Positions 26,341 through 37,501 of a DNA stretch of 64,000 nt are shown here, in pieces. The notes under the pieces were generated by a model. The model ran no database searches. It was not told the origin of the DNA and saw only the letters and a list, made by a program, of their open reading frames with translations. Numbering within the stretch: position 1 is the first letter of the stretch; each line of letters opens with the position of its first letter. The DNA is from Paraphysomonas bandaiensis (Eukaryota; Protista; Chrysophyceae): positions 1 to 64,000 of the forward strand of contig CBFFRP010000404.1 of NCBI GenBank assembly GCA_965644295.1. Reading direction: 5' to 3'. A program made the translations under genes and the position numbers.

Positions 26341-26710
26341 TCCCTGAAAGGACTGGTCCAAGTCAACTTCAGCATCAGATGTAGCATTTGAACCCTCTGG
26401 CAAAAAGAATTATGGTTGTGATTGTGAAGTCCTTGTTATGAAGTATGAAGAGAGAACACTTGAACACAGAATACTGAGCTTCGACATCAGCTAGGACGGA
26501 ATTTAACTTGGAGTGTTTAAGCTTTTAAAAGTTTGTTTAGCTTTATGGTTTCCCTAAAGTTGTGCTATATAGTGAAGTCACCTCATAATGGCTGTCAAAA
26601 TCATCGTAATCAAGATAGAAGATAGTTTCTGCTTTCTGTCTAACTGCATATTGAATTTGAATGTGTATGCTTTCCAGGCGTTAAATGTTCTGTTAAAGAA
26701 CCCAATTCAC
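26341..26710. repeat. Dispersed repeat family B, copy 3 (more diverged)
   Basis: ccctgaaaggactgg..gcatcagatg..acttggagtgtt..ggtttccctaa..atggctgtca..cccaattca. Confidence 0.6.
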
Positions 26711-26977
26711 ACAGCAAACCAATCGCAAAAGCGATGAATGCTTCATGCCTTCTGAATTTAAGTGATATTGTTTCAGTGGTTACATTCTGAACAACGCGAC
26801 TACATACACATGAGGCGATACTCTAATCAGTTAAAACGTCTAACACCTACTGTACATCTATTGTAAAACTAGAAATGCGAGCAATGCTCACACGTCATTA
26901 TTTGTGGTTCAACACAAATACATTCACAAAACTCCACTGCGAAAAACAAATGTCTTCGAATACTATCACAGTAACCC

Positions 26978-28069
26978 TCATAGTTCAAGCAAAACTACTG
27001 CGGACGGCACTATAGGCTTACCGTCTGACCCATCGATAAGCTTGCTACCCATCGATACATACGCCTGAGAGCCGATGAAATTGTTCACCGCAATCTGAAC
27101 TGGCAATACAGATACAGAGCAGAGTACGCAGTCTCGTTGGAAATTATATAATCGCAACTTTATATCTTTCACTCTCGCCCCACATTCAATAGATTCAAGG
27201 AATTTCTCGAGAGTGTCATGACAAGAATCAGACGAGGAGGGTCGACTGCCACTATTTTTCTCATCCGCAGCAGAATCAGAAGATTTCGATTGCTTTTTCG
27301 GAAATAGAGGAGCATCAGCAAATGTATCTCGTATGGAAATCGCCCGAAATTCCCCATTCTGAAAGAGTATACGAGAGACTAGATCATCGCAATGCAGCAA
27401 CTTGACACTGCGATCTCCACCATCAATACCTACCACAAGCACCTGCGGTTCCGTCTTGCGTGCACGTTTGGCTGCAGGTTCACTGTTGTCACTAGCTGCA
27501 CTCTCAGAGGCTTTAACGTTCGGAGTTAAAGACTGTAGCGCAACTTCGGAAAGTTTGCGCGCTTGTTTCATATCGTGTAATTTCTTGTCTGTACGATACT
27601 GTTCTACAGTGAAAGGCCACGACGAAAAAAGAGTGGACTTGGCCAGTCGTCTCTCTTCAGTCAATAAAACGTGCTCTAGATAGTCAGCTCGTAAAGGAAA
27701 CGAACCAAAATAAAAGTTTCGCGGTAGAGCGGAACACGCATGTGCTAATTGTCTTCTCGAACACTCACGAAACAGAGCGACACTCGGACACGTTATCTTC
27801 TGCTGGTCGAATACGCGGGCTGTCTCCTCATAGTCCTCAATAGCAGACACAAACACTATTAAAACAAACTTCTGTTGACTTTGAGCGAGTTCAATAGGTG
27901 ATCTGTATCCCCTAACACCGGGATCAACCAGATAACGAGAGACCAGACTCTCAACACTCTGAACAGACTGTTCTCGGGTTGAATTAACAGCATCTACTAC
28001 ACCTACATAATTCGGAATCATTACAAAATGGTCTAGTAAGAGTAAGGTGTAAGCATGGGTACGGGCCAC
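26978..28069 (-). CDS. Hypothetical protein, possible pseudo-receiver + NLS + degenerate PAS domain
   Basis: 363-codon ORF containing PAAKRARK. The 5' end is uncertain (first in-frame ATG at 28021). Domain calls are pattern-based only. Confidence 0.7.
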   Translation of the reverse strand: MARTHAYTLLLLDHFVMIPNYVGVVDAVNSTREQSVQSVESLVSRYLVDPGVRGYRSPIELAQSQQKFVLIVFVSAIEDYEETARVFDQQKITCPSVALFRECSRRQLAHACSALPRNFYFGSFPLRADYLEHVLLTEERRLAKSTLFSSWPFTVEQYRTDKKLHDMKQARKLSEVALQSLTPNVKASESAASDNSEPAAKRARKTEPQVLVVGIDGGDRSVKLLHCDDLVSRILFQNGEFRAISIRDTFADAPLFPKKQSKSSDSAADEKNSGSRPSSSDSCHDTLEKFLESIECGARVKDIKLRLYNFQRDCVLCSVSVLPVQIAVNNFIGSQAYVSMGSKLIDGSDGKPIVPSAVVLLEL

Positions 28070-28667
28070 AACTCTCTTGTTATTGATTCAACTTCTATAC
28101 AACACTCTCCAGAGCTAATAGACACGTACGTGGGTCCAGTCACACAAACAGAATACAAATCATGTGAAGTTAGATGATTTAGGACTCTTGTTCCCTCGAT
28201 GTGTGTATATCTTGAACAGACACTGACGTATTATTGGCTAAAAGGTTGTCGCCCACAATTTTTAAAAAAAAAATATATGAAAACCTCCACTTTTAGGAAT
28301 TGCGTAAAAAGTAAAAATGCTGCTAGGTATACACTACGTACGAATGTGTGTACAGCAGTACGTAGCATATACAGTACTGTATATGTACGTTAGTATTCTG
28401 TCGTTAAGTATTTCATCAACGACATATCGAATAAACCACACCACAATTACATATATATACGATATATGCAGGCATCTTGATATTATAACAGTGATGTGGA
28501 ACTGCATTGTGTGTGCATAGGTGTGATACTACACATACATCCTTGTCATCACAGGACTTGTTCTCAGATCATTCTCATGACGACTGCGCTGTGGTTTACT
28601 TATAGATAAAATCTGCATCAGTTAATCTTATTTTTTACTCTCTACTGATTTTTTTGTTTGAATAAAT

Positions 28668-31655
28668 ATGAAAAAACTTCGTGCAGTTGTGCGCTCAATT
28701 AGTCCTTTTTCACGTAAACGTAATACTGATGTGAACGATCCCGGCCCGAGTGTTCCTCTGCACACTGATGAGGACGATGACAGCAGAGACAGTCGTATGT
28801 GGTCTCTTGAAGGTATCGATTTCTTAAAATTTCTTAGAACGTTTTACACTATGTTCAATCCCGATAAAGTGTCAAGTGTTGAATACATATATGATCAGTA
28901 CCAAGGCGATGAATTAGTGTTGATCTGCCAACTGTCTGAGAAATATGATCTTTCGCGTGACGATATGCAAGCAATCATCGACACTTGTCGAGACTGTAGA
29001 AGCGAAGCATCAAGTGTAGCCTCAGAGTCAATTGGATTGGGCACATTTTCTAGCGGCAAACGTTCCATTGATTCTCGCGGGCAGGGTGTTGTTAGAACTC
29101 CGTCGTGGCAGCAGAGAAGCCAGGAACGTAGAGCCCGCGACATGCTTCGACAAGAGCGGAATGAGAGAATGGACACTTTTGCTATGGAAGGCGGATCACA
29201 TGAAAGATCTCGTGGTGATTCTACAACGAATGATGATAAAGGAAGCAAGAGTGTGGTGACCCCGATGTCATTACAGGATATCATCAACACCAGCAGAAGA
29301 AGTGACTCTCTATCGAAGAAGTCTGTGCGTTTTTCTAATAATATGGCAAGTGAAGACCCCTCTTTAGATAGCTACACTGATTCACCTTCCTTATCGAGGC
29401 AAAAGAGCGATGTAAACAATGATTTATCTAGCACTCGTGCTCGTCGCCCTAGTCCTCCTCCTTGGCAACCTCAGAGAACGGCAAGCCCCATGTCAGCAGA
29501 AGGCTATCATGCGAATTTGCATTCTCACTCTACAAATATGCACAGCCGGTCTGAAACGCCGGTTGGGGTAGGAAGTCCTGAAACAGATATCCCTTCCGTC
29601 CCTGTGCAACGAATGAAGCGCCCGGTGGTGTCTGTAAGGAGCACATCGGAATCTTTCCAGAGACAACCCTCCTCCGGTCTCAATTCTGTCTCCTCAGAAC
29701 CCCGACTGTGGAGAACCCCGACCATTTCCAGTGGATCTTCTAACCAGATGCAGGATAGTCCAGCTTCGCATAAACTGGAACGAGGTGCACGACAACATTC
29801 GTCATCCCCAATACTCTCTCGAGAATCCTCAAGCAGTCTACTGCAACCTGGTATCAGTTCTCCAGATGTTTCTCCTGATAATCGTAGCAGTGTGCACATT
29901 GACAAGGAGGGTGAAAATACTCAGTCTATACATCTAGAAGAAATGCGGAAAGAGTTGGAGCGGACTCGTCAGGCGCTTAACGAGGCTGACAAGGAGCGGG
30001 ATGCGGTATTGCAATTACTACAGGAAATGGCTACCTCTCCTGGAGAAATGCAGGATGTGGTTGAAGCTTACCTAGATAAATATGGTGTGCTCTATTCTGC
30101 ACTGTATACATTAAGTAATTTATAAGCAGGAAAGCGGGACCAATCGAATTTAAAAGCAAGGACGCTAGAGCATCAACCGAGTGGAGTGAGTAAGTTCTCT
30201 CTTCGCCTACAAGATCTCGGTGACAGAAGAGATAGTGATGATATGGTGAGATGCTTCCACACTACTGCTTTGGTATTGTGTTATTTACCTTCTACGTGTT
30301 TGTATCAGAAAAACCAACCACCATCTCAGAGAGACAGATCTCCTGGAACCTTGCTTCGGTCGTTGAGTTCGCGCACACAACAGGAGAAACCTTACATGGC
30401 TGGTGCGTTACTCTGTTACAAGGAGGTACTTTCTTACTTAGGCCTTACAGGTACAGCCTCATCTTCGAAGAGAAGCATGGAGCTTGCCCTCGCTGGTAAA
30501 TCAAGTGGTAATTACCCAGCTCATGGGGGGTTTTCTACTACAGGGTCCAGAGATCCAAGTCCTAATGGGAGTGTCAGTAGCGCCCGTGAGCGGAACATGG
30601 CCCGTGGTGAATCCACCCGGAGTAGGGGTGGACGCTGGATCAGGCCCTCGAGTGCAGATCGCACGAGGGGGAGGTCTCCCTCACCTGCCGGTAGTGATTC
30701 CAAACAGAGAAGGTACCTTGTATACTTATATGCCTGTTACGTTCGTAACTCCTATATTTGATCAGTTCGCAATCGCCCTCGCCTTCAAATAGCTTTGAGG
30801 AATTGGACTCGCAATACAGGAAAGTGAAGAAAGTGCTGGAGCGTAGTACAAGTAACGTAAGCGATTCCTTATGTTGTGTGTATAAAGTTTGATATCTATA
30901 AATTATGTAGGCTCGCTCTTCCTACGACAACACACGCAATCAGCTAAACGATCGAGTGCAGGAGTTCGAGCAGGAAAAGATTAAGGCAGTGAAACGGACG
31001 GTGACGGGGAGTCCCCAGAGAGAAGCGTTACACGGGGAAGATGATTGGATTGCGTGCGTTGATCCCAAAACCAAGAAGACGTAAGGGCTTGGCCATGATT
31101 GTTGTGGTATAGTGTCTAGTAATAGGGTTTGTTATAGATACTACTACAGCAAGTCCCGACGGAAGAGCACTTGGACCCCCCCTGTGGCATCTTCAACAGG
31201 TGAGATATTTTCTTGGAGCCCTCCTACGTCGACTGTGCTGACATGGTCTCCTGTGCCAACTGGTGCGTGGTGTCGCCGCGACCGCATTCGAACACAACCA
31301 ACTGACCTCTGTGGATATTGTAGGATCACGAGCGTCAACTCCTACTGGTTCTCGAAGTAGCACGCCGACGGGAGGGAGTAGGCCTTCAAGTCGAAATGGA
31401 AGAGTGAAATTTGCTCCGAATTCTGCCACCAGACAATACCAGCGATCACAGTCTCCAGCTGAAAGTACATCTTCGCAAAAGACAACGGGATCATTGACCA
31501 GTCAATGGCAGGAAGCAGTAGACCCCAAAAGCGGTAGAACGTATTGGTTCAACAGGTGTATTAACATTTTTTACAGTTTCCTTAATTTATTGAACTCTAT
31601 TTCTAGGTCTACCAGAAAGAGTACATGGAAACGACCTGCTGAAGCAACTGCGTGA
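28668..31655 (+). CDS. Largely disordered Ser/Arg-rich protein with coiled coil and two C-terminal WW domains
   Basis: WW1 DWIACVDPKTKKTYYYSKSRRKSTWTPP and WW2 QWQEAVDPKSGRTYWFNRSTRKSTWKRP appear after splicing. About 8 introns: 30085-30129, 30246-30308, 30403-30450 (tentative), 30713-30765, 30857-30910, 31081-31137, 31263-31323 (alternative donor 31200) and 31556-31606. Confidence 0.88.
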
Positions 31656-31929
31656 AATTCGATGTGTTCTATGTATATATTGTTTGCTATATATATACCG
31701 ACATTCGAAATGCATGAAGTTGTTGGACATGTAGCATCTCTGAAGTTATATATATTAATATACAAAGTGTACTTGTTGGTATTTTTGTGAGTATCACCTT
31801 AGTCCTCATGCTACTGCAGTTCACTATAATGTCTAGTACCTCTATTCTCTACTTAAATGGAATGGAATTATTCTCTCCAAGTAACAATTACATAACGATC
31901 AGTGGTCCCAATTATTAAATAGTTAGTAG

Positions 31930-32135
31930 CAGGACTGCGTCTCAATTAATTGTCACAGGTTGTAGCTAATTATAATAGCAATTATTACTTGCTGTCTCAA
32001 TTTCAATAATTATGATTTTAATCTTCAATATTGGATATTCGCAATTATGAAAAATGCCGTGTTTTATCAACTTTTCAGATAACAAAGTGCTATTTTGATA
32101 TCACTTAATTGCAATTAATTGAAGCATGCTGGAGT
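31930..32135. mobile_element. Partial hAT MITE (left TIR)
   Basis: caggactgcgtctcaattaattg, with a body similar to 41898-42100. Confidence 0.65.
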
Positions 32136-32261
32136 GTGTGTTGAGATGTTTTCACAGTTGCAGGTTTTTGCAATTGGTACAATAAAATCCCGTATTTATC
32201 CTATGAGAGGACCAAAAAAATGAAAAAAAGCCACTTATGGTTATCACTTATGGTTAGCCCT

Positions 32262-32865
32262 AAATATTAGCTAGCAATAGGCATGTAAGAATCAGACCTA
32301 GTTTAGAATTGAAATTTAACTAACTAGTGCTTATCCTTGATATCCTACTATAAGTAAACAATATGCAAACGTGGGAAATTTTCAAAAATTTGAGAAAATC
32401 TAGTAGATTTTACTAGACTTTTAAGAATTGTTGTAGAATGGTTCAAAAAGTGCTTGAATGAAATAGTATAGTGTTAATAATTAATTTTATTAATGTTAAT
32501 AATTAAGCGCTACGAAAGCTGCTTGTGCGTCCCCGCATTTACCACTTTCGCTCTTCAACACTCACAGCAAACGCAGCGAGCAAGTATAATGTTGATATAC
32601 TTGACATCTGCTCAGCAACTTCAGGATTTTTGAGTCCTTAAGGTAAATAGTCCGGATGCTTCACTTCATCAGGCAGCCCATGTTTATTCGTTTGGGCTCT
32701 ACACTATTGACCCTTACTTATTAGTGTCTCTTGTACCACACAAGCATTTGGCTATGAGTGGGCAGAACAATATCTGCTGACTATATGTTAGTTTCCTGGA
32801 GAAATATTTCCGATACTTATCCCACAAAACACCACGAAAAGGTGCAAGTCCGATACTGTTGAGGG
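32262..32865 (-). mobile_element. Near-full-length degraded copy of ~515-bp non-LTR-type unit, with AT-rich insertion about 32353-32503
   Basis: tagcaataggc at about 32272 and gctacgaaagctgcttgtgcgtc at 32508. Collinear with 57.7-58.7 kb and ends at the same gttgaggg. Confidence 0.8.
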
Positions 32866-33242
32866 TGGCTAGAGGTGGCTATATGCAGTGTATATATACG
32901 GATATACGTATATATATATCGTACTTAGAATAGCAGATTGCTGTATTCTTTGTGGTGCGTTGCTTGCTCTATTGAAAATAATGTTGCAGTGGAAGCAGTT
33001 TATAGCCATTCGAAAACCCAAAATTATTGCTAATTATTATTCTATAAATATATTACGAGCTATTATTTAGTGTTCAGTCATCTGGTGATAGGCAAAGTGT
33101 TTTCTGAAATACAGTATATTGTATATTGTTTATAATCAATTGAAAATTCATAATGCTCTATTCGAATATACAAAGAATTGATATTACGAGGAATAAGCCT
33201 AATGTATGTAAATGTAGAATGTAGAGCTAGTGCTATGTCTAG

Positions 33243-33770
33243 TAGGGCTACGCATCATTAAATTGATTATATGAGCGATAAACTGGTACCTGAAAAGTCA
33301 ATGCAAGAGTGTTTTTTGAGATGTAAATGATAATAACGAAGAGGCTGCATTTCGGCTTGATTGCTGATGGGTAAACATTAAAATTAAAATATTTTTGCTT
33401 GATGACGATGAAGAAGATGATGACAGTGAGAGTCTAGTTCAGAATGACGGCACAGCGCAACCTAGATTGATGGTAGTAGGCAACAGAAGCGAGCACGTCT
33501 TAATCAGCAAACTCGTTACCGCAGTATAAAGCACTTGCATGCCACAACCACTATGGTTGAAAGGTTGTTCAGTAGAGCTAAGATTGTTATGACTGTTATG
33601 CACAAGAGTATTACTTATGTTGGACTCTGGAATGAAATGACAGTTGAGGTAGCTATAACAGCAGCAAATGTAGTTTAGTGTTTAGTCTATATAATTGCAG
33701 TTGAAATTTGAAATTATAATTGACTACAACCTGAGTCAAATAATTGACAATTAATTGATACGCAGCCCTG
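33243..33770 (+). mobile_element. Internally deleted hAT transposon with TIRs and perfect 8-bp TSD
   Basis: TSD ATGTCTAG at 33235-33242 and 33771-33778. TIRs tagggctacgcatcattaaattg / caattaattgatacgcagccctg. Internal YRSIKHLHATTTMVERLFSRAKIVMT matches the hAT dimerisation motif. Confidence 0.92.
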
Positions 33771-34331
33771 ATGTCTAGCCTCTAGCATAGGTGTACGTGG
33801 GAAACGGTAGAATCGTGGTAAGTACGAAACGATATGCTGACAGGCGACAGGGCGCTACTATTACCGTGTAGGAAATCAAATTTCCGTGTAAACATAAACG
33901 TAACAGTCACATGTTTTTAAGATCTACTTTATTGGCGTGTTTATACTCAATATTCAACACGAAGTTTACGACCTCTTGGAGATAGTATTGTAATATTATA
34001 TAGTCAGCAGGCTTATACAAGGAAGATATAGGACGACAATCATTATGAGAAAAAGTATATTACCAAATAGTTTAGTGTGCTGGTAACAACCAATCTCAAT
34101 AGAAATGCATTTCCAGAATCCCCACAACGCATTGAGGATATAAAGCTACCAATATCTTTTCACAGGTAATTATGATTCTTAATAAAAAACATAACGACTT
34201 CGTGTAGATTACTGGCCGTCTGGTTAGAAACAAGAGGGAACGAAATCACTGGCACATTTCTAACCGCACCTAATACTGGGCAAAATGTCAGGATAGTACA
34301 AACGAGACGTCTACGACGGTACTCACCTATC

Positions 34332-36366
34332 TCATGAACTTGGCCCAGTACCGTCATTGGATGCCTTCCCATTACCCTCTCCGTTTTCCTCAGCAGGCGC
34401 TGCCGTCACCTCACCAAGCCCAGCAGCCACTGGAACTTCACCGCCCCCATCCATTGGAGAGCAGAATCCCCCACCAGTCGGGTCCATTACTTCTCCAACC
34501 CCACTATCGTAGCCACCACCAGGCATTCCCGTTGGGAACATAGGAAAGGCAGGTTGTGGGGCATAATACGGGGCTTGCTGTTTCGCAAAGTAATTAGGCG
34601 GCTGCATGTAGTGTTCATATTGTGCCATGTATTGTGGCGGCATATATGGTTGCCCTCCATATGGAGCCTGCATTCCATAACCACCACCCATTTGAACATA
34701 CGTAGGATCGAAGTGCGGTCCCTGAAAGCCAGCGCCACCCATATTACCTCGGTGTTGCATGTATCCATGGTTATGATTATTGTATCTCCTGCCACCACGA
34801 TTCCCCTTGTTCCCTCCATGGTAACCAGAGTGTCCAGAATGACCATGAGATGCAACGTTTCCAGAGGACTGGGTGGGTGATTTTACCCCAGGCGTTTGCT
34901 TGGGTGTCGAGGAAGAAGCAGCAGTAGATGGTACGAACTCTACCGCAGTGGCTCGTAAAGTCGAAGCAGGCTTTGGAACTGGTTTTTCTTCCTTCTTATC
35001 CTCAACCTTCTGCTCTTCAATTGAAGCAGCTGTTGTCGACTTCTCTAAAGGCTCAACTGTTTCATTTACTTTTTCTGGAACAGCGGTTTCAGATGATACT
35101 TTGGGTTCCTCTTTTACACTAATTGGTGGAGTACCATCTGCAGAGTGTTCAAGACCTGGGGGGAGAAGAGGATCGCTTTCCCGCTTCGCCTGCTGCTGAG
35201 GAGGCACCACAGCTGTTTCCTTCCTTCCAGCCCTTCCCCATGCACCTCCGCTAGAAGCCGTTGGTGTAGTTGACCCCGACTTTGGTGAAGCGCCTTCCAT
35301 AGACACCTGTCGCCAAGAGCCACCTGGAGAAGACTTTCCGAAATCTCCTCTTCCCCTTCCCTTGCCGGCGGACGCGGAAGGTGATCGTCCGGTCGCCGGT
35401 GCATTCGTACGAGATACCTGTTGACCCTGTTGCTGACGCAGTACCCCACTGTACCGGTCCTCTTCGTCAGCAGTATCATCCACGATCTGTCCACGCTCCT
35501 CAGCTAAGTGGGGGTTACTAGTCACTCCACGCTCGATCTGATAAGCCATACGGTCCGCCCTCGCCTGTTGTTCCTTTGTCAACTGAGATTTATCCAGTTT
35601 CTTTGTGTACAGATTTTCGTCGAAGGTATCCTGCACATCATACAAGCGTTTGTTGGCTTCGAACTGGTCCCAGCTTCCTAAACCCCACTTTCCGTCAATC
35701 TCATTGTCAAGAGTGGTGGAGGTTTCAGGGGCGAGCCAAGAATTGTCGATGGACTGGAGATCGCGTCCCTCCAAGTCAGCAATATTGGTGCGTCGACTAA
35801 GCATGCTATCCGTTTCTAGGTCTTTGGCACCTTCATTCACAGCCAACTTGTCTTTGCTAACCGTCAGATATTGGAGGTCATTAAATGAAATCAGCACGGT
35901 AGACCCAATAGCCACATTATCATCCTGTATCACGCGCCCAGATTGGTCCTACAAAAATACCTCATCTCTGATTGCACCCACAATAAAACACACACCAATT
36001 TTCTGGCAGCCTTCAGAGCAATTTCATGTTTCTTCCCCTCAAACGGAGTTGCTGTATATAAAACGCCCTTGTAGACTCTGTTATCAACCAGTCGAGCCTC
36101 CACCTCAAGCCCCTATAGCAACACACTCTATCAGATAGATCCATACAGCTCTATCCCACTACCGTTACGCTTTGAAGGAATGCCAAAAATGCGCTTCGAT
36201 GATTGTCTCTATTCCGACTGGAAAGATCTGTAAACATCCATAAGGAGGTGTGTATATACAGGCGTATATATATATTCATACCTTTCACAAAAGCTTTTAA
36301 TACACTCTCCTGAGGAACATCTTTGGGACGGCCGGGCCCGTTATTGCGCCTTCGGCTAGAGTTCAT
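34332..36366 (-). CDS. ATXN2: Ataxin-2/Pbp1 homologue (Lsm, LsmAD, PAM2)
   Basis: LsmAD WDQFEANKRLY..TFDENLYT..NPHLAEERG..DEEDRYSGV and PAM2 STLRATAVEFVP. Introns 36228-36281, 36113-36162 and 35949-35995. Confidence 0.93.
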
Positions 36367-37501
36367 CCCCAACTCCAAGCTCAGCAAATCCTGTGTATAA
36401 TAAGATTCACGAGCTGAACATTAATACTGTCCTGCAAGTAAACTCTTTTCTACCCACACTAATATACATACATACACATATATACATACAGCACACCCCA
36501 TACATTACTATACACACATACTTCAAAGAATACGCCGTACCAAACCCATACACATTCCACCTCTACATTTCTTTGTTTTTCAGTTTGTCCATTTAAGATA
36601 TTTTCCTTCCTCATTTTAGTGGGGGCCGGTTTGTCCCATTAATACCCATTGCAGCACACATGCATCAACAGGAGATGTGATATGGATCCGCTGTCAGTCG
36701 TACCATTACCTAGAAAATAGAATAGCTGATGCAATATAATAGCTACAACTGCTGAAGGTATTGCAATTATGGACACTTAGTCCTTTTTGTGGAGTGTGGC
36801 ACTACGGAATAGATTAATATAAGCACCAGTCCCTTACATGATACACCTCATGTTGCACTCAGATAAGATGGACAACGCAACGAAACAAATTGAGCCTAAA
36901 ATACTAGACGTATAAGATGTGAATTGAAGTACTAGTATATAAATGAATATACTTCGTTGCATATATATATGTATACGAGTTCTTGGTGTGGTTGTGGTCT
37001 ATACTGGTCGAAATAGAGTGTGTTCACTGTAAAACGCTATATCATTATTTTCGTCTATCTATTAGTTATATATTATTTTCTGTATACAGTATATTTCGTT
37101 TTTCTTGTACCATATTTCATTCAAGGGAACAGAACTGTTCTCTATACCAAAAAGTTGCAATGGAAAAGAAGGCACATAGAGCCCTCTATAATAAATCTGG
37201 CTTCTACTGTTTGCTTTATTCAGTAGTAGGATATATAAGACCTTATAAGATATTGGTTGATATGATTTGGTTCTACTTCTAGTAACGGATCATTATTAAA
37301 CACTAATCTTCTCTACTAATTCATGAAAACGGGAATTAGTAATCAAAACTAATGACTCAATATTAGTGACTACAAAACTAATTAGTTAATACAATTAACA
37401 CAACTATAGGGTAGAAACACAGAAAAGTAAAAGCCGACTACTGTAGAAATATACATTCTTCAGAAGTCGCTCCAATATTATTGATATGTATACAGCATGC
37501 A

